From positions 1 through 64,000 of the forward strand of contig CBDDDG010000022.1 of assembly GCA_965226555.1 (NCBI GenBank): a stretch of DNA of 64,000 nucleotides. The letters are read 5' to 3'. This DNA is from Salinispira sp. Its GTDB lineage: Bacteria > Spirochaetota > Spirochaetia > DSM-27196 > Salinispiraceae. Position numbers and translations under genes: made by a program. The notes beneath the pieces were generated by a model that saw only the letters and a program-made list of their open reading frames with translations, was not told where the DNA came from and ran no database searches. Shown one piece after another: positions 49,308-59,684 of this stretch (the first letter of the stretch is position 1; each line of letters starts with the position of its first letter).

Positions 49308-50408
49308 ATGATCGATTTCAAAGAAAAACCCGCCCCCGTTCCCTACGACCAAGGCTACCGCTCCCTGCTGTTCCAACCCGCAATAATGCTCCAATTTCTT
49401 CAACGCTTTGTCGGAGGCGCATGGACGAAAAAACTCCGAACCGAGGACATAACCATTGAAAACGGTACCTTTTTCATCGACCATGCAAAAACACGGATGG
49501 CCGACATCGTCTGCAAAATAACGCAGAAGGATCACACGGGAGATGTTGCTATCTATGTGCTCCTTGAGCATCAGTCCGGCGTGGACAAAGACATGCCCTT
49601 CCGCATGTTGGAATACACGCACCTTCTCTGCCGGAACATTCGCAGCTCCGGCACAATTCCCGATGACTGCGAGTTGGTATTTCTGCCCATTGTGTTCTAT
49701 AATGGAGAGCAAAGGTGGAAGGTGCCCGGGAATGTCAGAAAGCAACGGAAGCGGGAATTCCCGCAGTATCTTGCTCCTTTTCCCTACGATCTGATACGCG
49801 TGACCGATTATTCTGCGGAGCAGTTGCAGCAGCGGGGAAGAATGTTTGCGGCTGTTATGTACCTTGATCTGTACTCGAAAAATCTGCTGAATACGGATTG
49901 GGACATTCAGAAGACGGAGAAAGCGATAGCAGGAATGCTGAATGAAGAATCGCTGGAGCTGATAGAGGAATTTATCGGCGTGGTAGATTCTATGTTTGGA
50001 ATTGTTATAGACTTCGATACGTTAATGAACCAATTACAAAGAACAAAAGAACCGAGAGGTAAGGAGGTAGCAAAAATGTTCAGAATGAATGCGGAAACAT
50101 TCAAAGCGCACATTGCGGAGATGGGTCGGCAGGAAGGACTACGAACAGGTCGTGAAGAAGGACTTCAGAAGGGGCTACAGACAGGTCGGCAGGAAGGACT
50201 TCAGACAGGATTGCAGACAGGCCGTGAAGAAGGACTTCAGACAGGACTGCGAACAGGTCGACAGGAAGGTCGCGCGGAGGGGCATATTGAGGAGCGGAGA
50301 AAAAACGCCCGCAGTATGTTTTTGGAAGGGTTGTCGACCGAGGCTGTTCAGAGGATTACCGGGCTGAGCGATGAGGAAATGCGGACATTGCGGAACGGAT
50401 CGCATTAA
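49308..50408 (+). CDS. Rpn/YhgA-like PD-(D/E)XK nuclease, copy 2 (intact, 366 aa)
   Basis: AGGAGG RBS; RMADIV, LEHQSGVDKDMPFRMLEY, LPIVFYNG..RW; EG repeats; GLSTEAVQRITGLSDEE tail. Confidence 0.9.
   Translation: MIDFKEKPAPVPYDQGYRSLLFQPAIMLQFLQRFVGGAWTKKLRTEDITIENGTFFIDHAKTRMADIVCKITQKDHTGDVAIYVLLEHQSGVDKDMPFRMLEYTHLLCRNIRSSGTIPDDCELVFLPIVFYNGEQRWKVPGNVRKQRKREFPQYLAPFPYDLIRVTDYSAEQLQQRGRMFAAVMYLDLYSKNLLNTDWDIQKTEKAIAGMLNEESLELIEEFIGVVDSMFGIVIDFDTLMNQLQRTKEPRGKEVAKMFRMNAETFKAHIAEMGRQEGLRTGREEGLQKGLQTGRQEGLQTGLQTGREEGLQTGLRTGRQEGRAEGHIEERRKNARSMFLEGLSTEAVQRITGLSDEEMRTLRNGSH
50076..50408 (+). CDS. Putative internal-start RpnS-like small protein (110 aa)
   Basis: AAGGAGGT 7 nt upstream of in-frame ATG 50076. 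Confidence 0.6.
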   Translation: MFRMNAETFKAHIAEMGRQEGLRTGREEGLQKGLQTGRQEGLQTGLQTGREEGLQTGLRTGRQEGRAEGHIEERRKNARSMFLEGLSTEAVQRITGLSDEEMRTLRNGSH

Positions 50409-50547
50409 TTGACGTTGCTCGGCCTGCTCACCCAAGTATCCTGCTCGCCATGCGACTGTTGCTGGGGCTAGGGGCTGGTCGGAGGCTTGCGCCTCCTGCT
50501 CGCCATGCGTCCGGGCTGGTCAATAAAATATCCCACAAATTTACTGA

Positions 50548-50583
50548 GAAACTTTTGCTTTTTGCAAAACTTTGTACTATAAT
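50548..50583 (+). promoter_or_regulatory. Short palindrome supplying the -35 box of a sigma70-like promoter
   Basis: TTGCTT(50555)-17-TATAAT(50578), ending 7 nt before ATG 50591. Confidence 0.7.
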
Positions 50584-50590
50584 AGATGAT

Positions 50591-51259
50591 ATGAAATACG
50601 AAATATTTCATCGGCCAAGTTATGCCATGTTAAAGCTTAACCTGCCCGATGCTGAAAGTGTTATTGCAGAAGCAGGCGCAATGGTCGCCATGAATACTGC
50701 AATGACCATAAAAACGCACGCGCGTGGCGGCGTTCTGAAAAGTATGTCAAGAAGTCTTCTCGGCGGAGAAAGTTTCTTTGTCAATACATTTACCAGCAAT
50801 GGAGACGGTGAACTGGTGCTTGCCCCCAGGCTTCCCGGCGACATTATCGCCCGGGAGCTGAATGGTCAGACACTGTTTGTACAATCCGGTTCCTTCATTG
50901 CTGCCACACCCGACGTTGAAGTAGATACAAAGTGGGGAGGTACCAAGGGTTTCTTCTCAACCAAGAACTTTTTTCTGCTGCGCTGCAGCGGAAATGGAAC
51001 TATTTTTCTTTCATCGTATGGGGCCATTGAGGAAGTTACCCTTGAAGCAGGGCAGCGTTATGTTGTTGATACTGCCCATACGGTGGCCTTCGATGAATCG
51101 GTGCAATACGCCATTAAAAGCAGCGGAAAAATAAAAACCCTGCTTTTCAGCGGTGAAGGACTTATATGCGAATATACCGGCCCCGGTCGGATATACTATC
51201 AATCGCGGGACATAACAGCTCTTGCCAATATCATTGGCCCCATGGTTGCGCAGAAATAA
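50591..51259 (+). CDS. TIGR00266/AIM24-family protein
   Basis: AEAGAMVAM, GGESFFVNTF, LAPRLPGDI, VDTAHTVAF, SGEGL..GPGRIYYQSR. Confidence 0.88.
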   Translation: MKYEIFHRPSYAMLKLNLPDAESVIAEAGAMVAMNTAMTIKTHARGGVLKSMSRSLLGGESFFVNTFTSNGDGELVLAPRLPGDIIARELNGQTLFVQSGSFIAATPDVEVDTKWGGTKGFFSTKNFFLLRCSGNGTIFLSSYGAIEEVTLEAGQRYVVDTAHTVAFDESVQYAIKSSGKIKTLLFSGEGLICEYTGPGRIYYQSRDITALANIIGPMVAQK

Positions 51260-51273
51260 ACGATAATTACATA

Positions 51274-51326
51274 GAAACTTTTGCATTGGAAAATTGTGCT
51301 TGCACAATTTCCAGTAGCAAAAGTTT
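51274..51326. repeat. Palindromic element, long hairpin, between convergent genes
   Basis: gaaacttttgcattggaaaattgtgc-tt-gcacaatttccagtagcaaaagttt. Confidence 0.92.
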
Positions 51327-51351
51327 GACGTATGTAATTCCCAATAAAAAC

Positions 51352-53325
51352 TCAGACGATTTTCAATATTTTTTCAACGGCTGTTTCAATACTTGTCATT
51401 TCGGTATCAATTATGAGTTCTGCGGAATTATTTTCTTCATACTGTTGATGAATGCCGGTGAAATTTTCAATTTCGCCGGCGAGGGCTTTTTTGTACAGGC
51501 CCTTGGGGTCGCGTTTTTTGGCTTTCTCAATATCAACCTTTATATAAACTTCATTAAATGCGCCTGTTGGAAAAAGTGAGCGGGCAAAATCGCGCATTTT
51601 TCGGATGGGGGAGATGAACGAACAAATAACGATGAACCCTGCCTGATAAAATAGCTGCGCGCTGTGCGCCGCCCGCCGGATGTTTTCATTCCGGTCATCA
51701 ATGCTGAATGTGAGATCGCTGTTCAATCCGTGCCGAAGATTATCGCCATCGAGAATACATACCTGCTTGCCGTCTTCAAAAAGCCGACGTTCAAGTTCTC
51801 TGGCAATTGTCGTTTTTCCGCTCCCGGAAATGCCGGTGAGCCAGAGAATGAGGGGGCGGTGCTTGTTTCGGGCGATGCGGTCGCTGAGAGCAACTGCCGG
51901 CTCCTGCCAGTGAATATCAGGATATTTCGAGGTATTTTCAACCTTCAATGCAGTATCAACAGTATTCCGTGTTTCATGGCGGATAATGCCTGCTGCCACT
52001 GTCCGATTTGAGCTTGTATCGACAAGTATGAATGAGCCGGTTGAACGATTCACCGTATAGGGGTCAAAAAAGAGCGGGTATGCCGTCTCAATTTCGATCC
52101 GTCCTATGTCATTAAGTTTGAGGCTTTGTACATTTTCTCTGTGCAGGGTATTGATATTAATACGGTAATCAAGTTTTTGTATGAGTGCTGAAACTCTGCG
52201 TGTACCGTGCTGAAGAAGGTATTTTTTGCCGACAATGAGCTCGGTATTTTCATCCATCCAGCAGATAATTGCCTCAAAAATAGTGTTTTGTGCCGGGATA
52301 TTTTCTCTGCGCACCAGCATATCGCCGCGTGAAACATCAATCTCATCTTCAAGAACAATAACAACCGATTGCCCATGGAATGCTTCCCGAAGGTTCTCAT
52401 TATATTCGAGTATTTCCTTTACCCGAGACGTCTGCCCCGAGGGCAGGGCAAGAATTTCAGCGCCGACATGAATGGTTCCGCTTTCTACTCTGCCGGAGAA
52501 TCCGCGGAAGTCTTGGTTTGGCCGGATGACATACTGTACCGGCAAGCGGAAATCCTGAAGATTCCTGTCGGCTGCAATTGTGAGATTTTCCAGATATTGA
52601 AGAATGGTTCCCTGTCTGTACCAGCGCATTTTTCGGCTTTTGCGCACAACATTGTCGCCGGTAAGCGCTGAAATGGGGATGAAGTTTATGTCGAGAATGC
52701 TGAGTTTTTCGCTGAAACTGGTGTATTCATCCACAATTTTCTGATACACCTGCTGGGACCAATGAACAAGGTCCATCTTATTTATTGCAACAAGCAAATG
52801 GGGAATACCGAGCAGGGAAGCAATGAACCCATGGCGGCGGCTTTGGGTGAGGACGCCCTTGCGGGCATCTATGAGGATGATTGCGAGGTTTGCGGTTGAT
52901 GCGCCGGTGACCATGTTCCGCGTATACTGCTCATGGCCCGGAGTATCGGCAATAATGAATTTACGCTTTGGGGTTGAAAAGTAGCGGTATGCTACATCAA
53001 TGGTTATGCCCTGTTCCCGTTCTGCCCGAAGTCCATCGGTAAGAAGGGCAAAATCGATTTGATCATCACCCTTGAGTTTACTCGATTGTTCAAGTGCCTC
53101 AAGCTGATCCTGAAAAATTGCCTTTGAATCGTACAGCAGACGGCCGATAAGAGTACTCTTCCCATCATCAACGCTCCCCGCGGTGGTGAAGCGGAGCAGC
53201 TCAAGGTTCAGGTAGTTTTTAATGAGCGTGTTCTGCCGGAGCAGACGCTTTTTCCGTTTCCGTTGGGCTCGCGGGCGCATTTCTCTGAGATGGTTTTCTC
53301 TGGGGTGCTTGTCCGTGTGTTTCAT
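51352..53325 (-). CDS. cysNC: Sulfate adenylyltransferase large subunit/APS kinase fusion
   Basis: GSVDDGKST, EREQGITIDVAYRYF, DTPGHEQY; C-terminal LTGISGSGKT, LDGDNLR, RDPKGLY. Confidence 0.95.
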   Translation of the reverse strand: MKHTDKHPRENHLREMRPRAQRKRKKRLLRQNTLIKNYLNLELLRFTTAGSVDDGKSTLIGRLLYDSKAIFQDQLEALEQSSKLKGDDQIDFALLTDGLRAEREQGITIDVAYRYFSTPKRKFIIADTPGHEQYTRNMVTGASTANLAIILIDARKGVLTQSRRHGFIASLLGIPHLLVAINKMDLVHWSQQVYQKIVDEYTSFSEKLSILDINFIPISALTGDNVVRKSRKMRWYRQGTILQYLENLTIAADRNLQDFRLPVQYVIRPNQDFRGFSGRVESGTIHVGAEILALPSGQTSRVKEILEYNENLREAFHGQSVVIVLEDEIDVSRGDMLVRRENIPAQNTIFEAIICWMDENTELIVGKKYLLQHGTRRVSALIQKLDYRININTLHRENVQSLKLNDIGRIEIETAYPLFFDPYTVNRSTGSFILVDTSSNRTVAAGIIRHETRNTVDTALKVENTSKYPDIHWQEPAVALSDRIARNKHRPLILWLTGISGSGKTTIARELERRLFEDGKQVCILDGDNLRHGLNSDLTFSIDDRNENIRRAAHSAQLFYQAGFIVICSFISPIRKMRDFARSLFPTGAFNEVYIKVDIEKAKKRDPKGLYKKALAGEIENFTGIHQQYEENNSAELIIDTEMTSIETAVEKILKIV

Positions 53326-53328
53326 CGC

Positions 53329-54666
53329 TTATCCTCTTGTGTTTCGATGAAAATCTGCGGCGGATTCCTCTCTGAGGGGTGATCGCGCTGCCTGCTGAGC
53401 GGGCGCGATGTTCGGGGCATGCTTCAAAAGATAGTCCTCAGCTTCCCCTGACCACATATCATTGTTTTGCCGGGTAATACGATGCAGTTCGGCAAAGAGG
53501 GGATCGCTCTGACCCTTTTTCTCAAAATCGATGAGGGCGGTGAGCGCCAGTTTTTTGTGAGTGTATATGAGCTTTTTTCCGCCCGGGATCTTCGGGAGGT
53601 TGAGAGTGGTTTCAACAACGGCATTAAGTCCGCCAATGTGAGTTATGAGGGCCTGGGGCTGAATGCGTCCTTCCTCCATGAGCTTAAGCGCAATGCGCAT
53701 ATCTTCGGTGTTTCCACCGCTTGTTCCGACATAATGATGAAAGGAATAATGCATATGATAGAAGTTTATGGAGGCTGAGAAATTCTTGTTGCTCGGTCCT
53801 GCGAAGAAATTCATGCAGCCGTCTTTTGCAAGGAGCATATCAGCATATTCAACGAGGCTGCTCACCGGTGCCATTACGAAGATATCATCAAAACCATCTT
53901 CACCGCTAAACTGTTTCAGGAAACTCAGTGGATCATCGGTATCTGCCGTATTAACATAATGGAGTTCAATACCGTTTTTTTGCGCGCTCTCAACGGAGTG
54001 TATGCGGGCTGCGCGAGAGAGCCGGGCGCCGTCAATGTCGCTAATGATGAGGAGGGCGGGGCGGCGGTCGCCGTTCAGGGCAAGATCAATGCAGCCGAGA
54101 CCCATTGGCCCTGCGCCTGCGATAATGAGCATCTTTCCACCCTCGCGTATTCCCATAATGTGCTCATAGCTGCCCTGGGGAACATGGTAATTTGCGCGGA
54201 AGGCGCCGACAATACAGGACATGGGTTCAGAAAGACTCCCCATGAAAAATGATTCTCCGCGGTATTCTAGGAGACAGTCCATTTCCATTACCTCGTTCGG
54301 AATGATAATGAAGGTTGCATCGCCGCCGATATACTGGTAGGAATAGCCCGGCGCATCAAGCGATCCCTTATGGTTCAGGGCGGGTTGAATGGAAAAGCGC
54401 GAACCTGCTGTGTATTTTTTATGCCATTTTTTTCCGACTTCAATAATTTCACCGCAGAATTCATGACCAATGATAATTGGTTTTTCGGCTGCGTTATCGG
54501 GAACGCGCTTATGATCGCTTCCCTGGTTCGCTGCCTTATAAGAACTCATACAGATACTGTCGGATACAACCCGCGCAAGAATCTCATTGTCTTTAAGCGG
54601 CGGTAGTTCGAATTCTTCAAGACGGATATCATTTTTTCCGTATAATCTGACAGCCATTGTTTTCAT
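53329..54666 (-). CDS. Zinc-binding dehydrogenase (SorE-like sugar-phosphate reductase)
   Basis: SDSICMSSYK, IGHE, GAGPMG, GTSGG, IPGGKKL. Confidence 0.8.
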   Translation of the reverse strand: MKTMAVRLYGKNDIRLEEFELPPLKDNEILARVVSDSICMSSYKAANQGSDHKRVPDNAAEKPIIIGHEFCGEIIEVGKKWHKKYTAGSRFSIQPALNHKGSLDAPGYSYQYIGGDATFIIIPNEVMEMDCLLEYRGESFFMGSLSEPMSCIVGAFRANYHVPQGSYEHIMGIREGGKMLIIAGAGPMGLGCIDLALNGDRRPALLIISDIDGARLSRAARIHSVESAQKNGIELHYVNTADTDDPLSFLKQFSGEDGFDDIFVMAPVSSLVEYADMLLAKDGCMNFFAGPSNKNFSASINFYHMHYSFHHYVGTSGGNTEDMRIALKLMEEGRIQPQALITHIGGLNAVVETTLNLPKIPGGKKLIYTHKKLALTALIDFEKKGQSDPLFAELHRITRQNNDMWSGEAEDYLLKHAPNIAPAQQAARSPLREESAADFHRNTRG

Positions 54667-54688
54667 ATGTTCTCCTAGAAATGTTGTC

Positions 54689-55819
54689 CTAATTCATCAT
54701 AAACTGGCCGCCGGTCACCGGTATGGCCTGTCCTGTCTCATATTTTTGTTCAACTGCATAATACATTGCCCGGGCGACATCAATGCCTCGGCAGCCCCTG
54801 TTCATAGGTATTTTTGCTTCATAAAATTTCCGTACATCATTGGTGTCCAGAGCCCCGGAAACCTTACCCTCTTTCAGATATTTTTTGAACAGACCCTTTT
54901 CAGGGTCAGACCACATGGGGCCATCGAAAAAATTACCCGGACAAATTGCGTTCACCTTTATATTGTCGTTTATCAGTTCCAGCGCAAAGCTTTGGGTGAG
55001 ACCGATTCCGCCGAATTTACTTCCGGCATAGGCGCCGTTTCTGTTTGAACCCGTAAGACCGCTCTTTGAGTTAATCTGGATAATATCGGTAAAGTAATCT
55101 CCCTTGGCGCGGTTCTGAAGGGCCATAATGGGAGAAAAATGCTTTACCATAAGAAAATAGGCGGTATAGTTGATATTGGTAACAAAATCAAAATCATCTC
55201 TGCTGAGTGTCGTGACACTTCCTACCCGTATAACTCCGGCATTATTTACAAGAAGGTCAAGTCCGCCGCTTTCCCGTGTAACATACTCTGCCGCTTCTCG
55301 AACAGATTCCTCATCCGCAACATCTACTTCAACGGCGCGTGACGATATACCTTCCTCATTCAGTTCCTTTTCCAGAAGCCGTGCCTTTGTAAAATTGATG
55401 TCGGCAATGTAGGTAAAGGCTCCTTCGGAATGCAGATGCCGGACAAGTTCCTCTCCGAAGCCCTGGGCGCCGCCGGTAATCAGACATACCCGCCCCTTCA
55501 TGCGGCCCGTTCCATGCCCTGCTTTATGCTCTGCTCCCTGATTCCTTTCCGGGTCTGAACCTTCCCGACTCATCCGGAGTGCCTCTTCGTAGGTTTCTGC
55601 GATATAAAAGGTACCGAGCCCGCTTATATGCAATATAGTTGGGAAAGAGAAATCTCCAGAAAAATTATCGGAAAAATCATCAGAGGAAATATCAATTGAA
55701 GAGATACGCCGCGCGCGTCTATCCTGCGCATTCAAAGAAAAGCGGACGAAGGGTCCAACATCGCTATTTTTCCTGCGAAAAAATCCTCTGAGAAGAGGTG
55801 AAATACTTGTCCAGTTCAT
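54689..55819 (-). CDS. SDR (sorbitol-6-phosphate dehydrogenase SrlD-like) with an N-terminal extension
   Basis: TGGAQGFG, NNAG, IQINSKSG, YAGSKFGGIGLTQSFALEL, TGQAIPVTGGQ. Confidence 0.82.
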   Translation of the reverse strand: MNWTSISPLLRGFFRRKNSDVGPFVRFSLNAQDRRARRISSIDISSDDFSDNFSGDFSFPTILHISGLGTFYIAETYEEALRMSREGSDPERNQGAEHKAGHGTGRMKGRVCLITGGAQGFGEELVRHLHSEGAFTYIADINFTKARLLEKELNEEGISSRAVEVDVADEESVREAAEYVTRESGGLDLLVNNAGVIRVGSVTTLSRDDFDFVTNINYTAYFLMVKHFSPIMALQNRAKGDYFTDIIQINSKSGLTGSNRNGAYAGSKFGGIGLTQSFALELINDNIKVNAICPGNFFDGPMWSDPEKGLFKKYLKEGKVSGALDTNDVRKFYEAKIPMNRGCRGIDVARAMYYAVEQKYETGQAIPVTGGQFMMN

Positions 55820-55838
55820 GTACTGACTCCTTGAAACT

Positions 55839-57203
55839 TTATCCTTGGATATATGTGTGGATAGTATGTTCTGCCTGTGAAAGATCAGGTTTCCGCCGAT
55901 CCATATCCCGTCCGATACGGGAAAAGAGATTCAGACGTTCGGTTACATCAGGTATGTTCCTCATAATGAAGGGGCAGAAAAAACCCAGTTCCGTATTATA
56001 ATTATATAGTTTTTCGTGGGCAATTAATGCCCAGGTCGTCGTATTGAGATGTTCAAATTCGGGAGACAGGAGCTCAGGGCAACGAAAGGACTGCCTGCTT
56101 GAATTAACATCGACACCGCTTATCTGCAAAAGATTATATTCCCCGCAAAGTTCCATAATTCTCATAAGCTGTTTTTTACTGTTTCTGGGAGGCATGAAGG
56201 TGAGTGCCTGAAAACCCCAGACATGAAGCTGCTCAAAAAGTTCGGTAAGAAAGGAGTCTTCAAAGCGCGCCGCCGGTTTATCGCCGGTTGGAGAATGCGT
56301 AATATCACCAAGATACGCGTAGGCGGGAATTGCCCCAATGGATCGGGCGAAGGTAACGGCGCGGGCTGCCCCTATACATTCACTTTCATCCGGTTGAATG
56401 TAGAAGAGGGGAAGAAGGGAGTGTTTCAACACCGCGATGAGATCGTAGAAACAATGCGGATTTTCTTCATTTTCCAGATATGCTCGCATTGATGCATCAA
56501 TGGAGATGGAAAATTCCTCTTCAAGTAGTGCTGTCAGGCGCTGCCGGTTGGGAAAAATTGCCATGAGCTTGCGGGCGAGGGCTGCCAGAATATGACGTTC
56601 TGTTATCGACCCGCCGCGGGCAGCCTGAGAGCAGGCATAGACATCGTTCTGGAAATTCAGAGAAAGATTGTTGCGGCGGGGAAAACGTTTTCGGATAATT
56701 GTGTTGAGCTTTTCAAGCTGTCTGCGATTGCGCGTATTTCGCGCGCGGTGAATTGGAGCAAGAAACTGCTGCACGGTATGGTAATTTCGCTCGGCAATGC
56801 CGTGCAGGGCCATGTAGAAAATTCCGGGTGAATCCGGGTTGTTTATCAGACGGTTTTCCATGAAGGTACCGCGGGCATTAACACGGAGTTCTCCCCCGCA
56901 TGTTGACGCAATACCGAGAATGCGGCATGCCTCTCTCAGTTCAGCGGCTCCGGCATAGCTGTCGTGATCCATGATGCCGACAGCCTGTAACCCGGACCTC
57001 CATGCCATTACCGCAAGCTGACTGGGACTGTAGGGACTGAAGGAGTAGGTACTGTGGACATGATTGTTCACGTCCGGTTTTTTTTCCGGAAGCTGTCCAT
57101 GTCGGCAGGCATCTTCAAAGATCTGCCGAACAGAGGCAAGCCCTTCTTCACTGTCTGGGCTCGGGGAGCAGGATGGGATGGTATCATATGTGGATGTTTT
57201 CAG
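55839..57203 (-). CDS. PHP-domain protein (start uncertain: GTG 57071 or CTG 57203)
   Basis: [20 protein letters not shown]; the frame stays open upstream to a CTGA overlap with the E1 stop codon. Confidence 0.75.
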   Translation of the reverse strand: MKTSTYDTIPSCSPSPDSEEGLASVRQIFEDACRHGQLPEKKPDVNNHVHSTYSFSPYSPSQLAVMAWRSGLQAVGIMDHDSYAGAAELREACRILGIASTCGGELRVNARGTFMENRLINNPDSPGIFYMALHGIAERNYHTVQQFLAPIHRARNTRNRRQLEKLNTIIRKRFPRRNNLSLNFQNDVYACSQAARGGSITERHILAALARKLMAIFPNRQRLTALLEEEFSISIDASMRAYLENEENPHCFYDLIAVLKHSLLPLFYIQPDESECIGAARAVTFARSIGAIPAYAYLGDITHSPTGDKPAARFEDSFLTELFEQLHVWGFQALTFMPPRNSKKQLMRIMELCGEYNLLQISGVDVNSSRQSFRCPELLSPEFEHLNTTTWALIAHEKLYNYNTELGFFCPFIMRNIPDVTERLNLFSRIGRDMDRRKPDLSQAEHTIHTYIQG

Positions 57204-59650
57204 ATGCCCCTCCGGCTTTGCCGTCGGATTTCACCTGTTGTCTGAACTGTGCGCGCATGATAACCCGGCAAAGGACGTATTTTTTCATGAATGCTGTCAA
57301 GAATCCACTCTTCCTGGGGAAAGTAATCCTCCTCCATTTCGGCTGCCGGTGTTATCCAGTTCCGGGAAGCAACAATGACCGGAGGAGCATCAAGATAGTC
57401 GAAGGCTGTCTGGGTAATGTTTGCCGCAACATTGTGCATGAAACTTCCCCTCTCAACGGCATCGGTAACCAGAAGAAGGCGGCCGGTCTTTTTGACCGAT
57501 TCAATAATGGGGTCAAGATTCAGAGGGGTTATGAAGCGGAGATCGATGAGTTCCGCTTCCATCTGGTATGTGCCGCTGAGTGTCCGGCAGACTTCCCATG
57601 CCGTGTAGAGGGAGGGGCCGAGGGTCACAATACTGATGTCGCTGCCTGTTCGGCGGATTGCCGGTTCACCCTCGGGGGTTTCATAATATCCGAGGGGCAC
57701 CCCGCTTTTTTCAAAAAATTCTCCAATACCGTATAGTTTTTGGCTTTCAAAGAAAATAACGGGATCGGTGCCGCTGAGGGCAAGGTTCAGCATGCCTTTT
57801 GCATCTGTTGGTGTTGCGGGGTAGTACACTTTGAGGCCGGGAATGTGGGCGGCAATACTCGTCCAGTCCTGGGAGTGCTGGGCTCCGTACTTATTGCCAA
57901 CCGATACCCGAACGGTGAGGGGCATTCTGAGCACCCCCGCGCTCATGGCCTGCCATTTCGCGGCCTGATTAAAAATTTCATCACCTGCCCGACCCATGAA
58001 ATCGCAGTACATGAGTTCAACAACGGCCCGTCCGCCTGAAAGAGCATAGCCCACACCTGTTCCGACAATAGCAGCTTCAGAGATGGAGCTATTGAACAAT
58101 CGGTGATAGGGGAGGCATTCGGTAAGTCCGCGATATACCGCGAAGGCTCCGCCCCAATCTCGGTTTTCTTCACCCCAGGCGGCCATGCTGGGATCCTCAT
58201 AAAAGCGGTGCAGCATTGCTTCAAAGAGCCCGTCGCGGTACGCATAGACCTTGTTTGCGCTCATCGCGCTGCCGTCCTTGTTGCGTCCGTAACGATTTTT
58301 CCGCGCTATCTGCTTGACGCGCGGGTTTTCATCCATTGGTATGAGTACTTCGCTCTTCCGTTCATCGAAGGCCTGTACCGTTTCATTGGAAAACATAACA
58401 TCTTCAATGATAGCGGCATGAACATAGGGGGAAAGCTCAGTATCCACAGCATATGTGAGAGCATTCATAATTTTTTCTTCTGCCCGCTTCCGTAACGTTT
58501 CCAGTTCCCCGTCTGAGGCTGCCCCCATTTCCCTGAGATATCTGCCGTAGGACTCTATGGCATCGGCATTCTGCCAGTCTTCAATTTCTTCCTTTGTCCG
58601 ATAGCTTGAAGCATCTGAGGGGCTGTGTCCGCTGATCCGGTAGGTGATGGTATCCATGAGAACTGGTCCATGCCCCTTTTCAAGAACAGCCCGCTTACGG
58701 GTAACGGCATCGGCGACTGCCAGAGGGTTGTACCCATCCACACGTTCCGCATGAAGGTTGTCCTCATTTACTCCTGCGCCTACACGGGCAAGCATGTCCC
58801 AGGGCATGGTTTCTCCCTCAGTCTGTCCGCCCATTCCGTAGAAATTATTGAAGAAATTAAAGATGATAGGCGGATTTCCGCCGGTATTCCAGAGCTGACG
58901 GTACTGTTTCATGGAACTTATGATGATGGCTTCCCATACCGGCCCGCATCCCATGGAAGCATCACCGATGTTGGCGATAACAATGCCCTTTCTGCGGTTT
59001 ATGCGCTTGAAGAGGGCGGAGCCGGCGGCGATATCGGCGCTGCCTCCGACAATGGCGTTGTTGGGCATGGAGCCGAGGGGTGTGAAGAAGGTGTGCATGG
59101 AACCGCCGAGTCCGCGATTAAAACCGGTGTTTCGCGCAAAAATTTCAGCATAGGTCCCGTAAATTATGAAGTTTTCAATAAGATCCTTCACCGATTCATG
59201 AGCAATTTTTTCAGCAACGGCGAGGGTGTCGCCTCCGAGAAATTCCTTCATAATTTTTTCAAGCTTTTTCTCGTCAAGTTTGTCTGCTGCCGAAAGACAT
59301 TTTGCAAGAATTTCACCATGACTTCTGTGCGATCCGAAAATAAAATCATCCGCATCCAGTACTAGGCTCTGTCCCACGGCGGCTGCTTCCTGACCAATGG
59401 AAAGGTGGGCAGGCCCCCGATGATTGTATTCAAACCCCTTATATGAACCGGTTTTTTTTATCATGTCTATGGCGGTTTCAAATTCCCTGATGATGAGCAT
59501 ATGATAATACATTTTTTGCAGACGGTCGTTTCCGTAGAGTTTTTGTTCCGATGAAAAATCGGGTTTGTAACGATTAACCGGAATGTTTGGTATTCGTATA
59601 TACCCCGATTTTCTTACCGTTTTCGGATCAATGCGCATATTTTTGGGCAT
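57200..59650 (-). CDS. Fused E1 alpha/beta ThDP-dependent dehydrogenase
   Basis: [18 protein letters not shown] ThDP motif, [24 protein letters not shown]. Confidence 0.9.
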   Translation of the reverse strand: MPKNMRIDPKTVRKSGYIRIPNIPVNRYKPDFSSEQKLYGNDRLQKMYYHMLIIREFETAIDMIKKTGSYKGFEYNHRGPAHLSIGQEAAAVGQSLVLDADDFIFGSHRSHGEILAKCLSAADKLDEKKLEKIMKEFLGGDTLAVAEKIAHESVKDLIENFIIYGTYAEIFARNTGFNRGLGGSMHTFFTPLGSMPNNAIVGGSADIAAGSALFKRINRRKGIVIANIGDASMGCGPVWEAIIISSMKQYRQLWNTGGNPPIIFNFFNNFYGMGGQTEGETMPWDMLARVGAGVNEDNLHAERVDGYNPLAVADAVTRKRAVLEKGHGPVLMDTITYRISGHSPSDASSYRTKEEIEDWQNADAIESYGRYLREMGAASDGELETLRKRAEEKIMNALTYAVDTELSPYVHAAIIEDVMFSNETVQAFDERKSEVLIPMDENPRVKQIARKNRYGRNKDGSAMSANKVYAYRDGLFEAMLHRFYEDPSMAAWGEENRDWGGAFAVYRGLTECLPYHRLFNSSISEAAIVGTGVGYALSGGRAVVELMYCDFMGRAGDEIFNQAAKWQAMSAGVLRMPLTVRVSVGNKYGAQHSQDWTSIAAHIPGLKVYYPATPTDAKGMLNLALSGTDPVIFFESQKLYGIGEFFEKSGVPLGYYETPEGEPAIRRTGSDISIVTLGPSLYTAWEVCRTLSGTYQMEAELIDLRFITPLNLDPIIESVKKTGRLLLVTDAVERGSFMHNVAANITQTAFDYLDAPPVIVASRNWITPAAEMEEDYFPQEEWILDSIHEKIRPLPGYHARTVQTTGEIRRQSRRGI

Positions 59651-59684
59651 GAAATCTCCTTTTTATAAACTTATTGAGAAAGTT

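Noticed and set aside
49308..50408. Rpn genes as IS transposases mobilising the palindromes
   Set aside because: Rpn/YhgA proteins are PD-(D/E)XK nucleases without demonstrated transposition, and no terminal inverted repeats bound the genes. It cannot be fully excluded but is unsupported.
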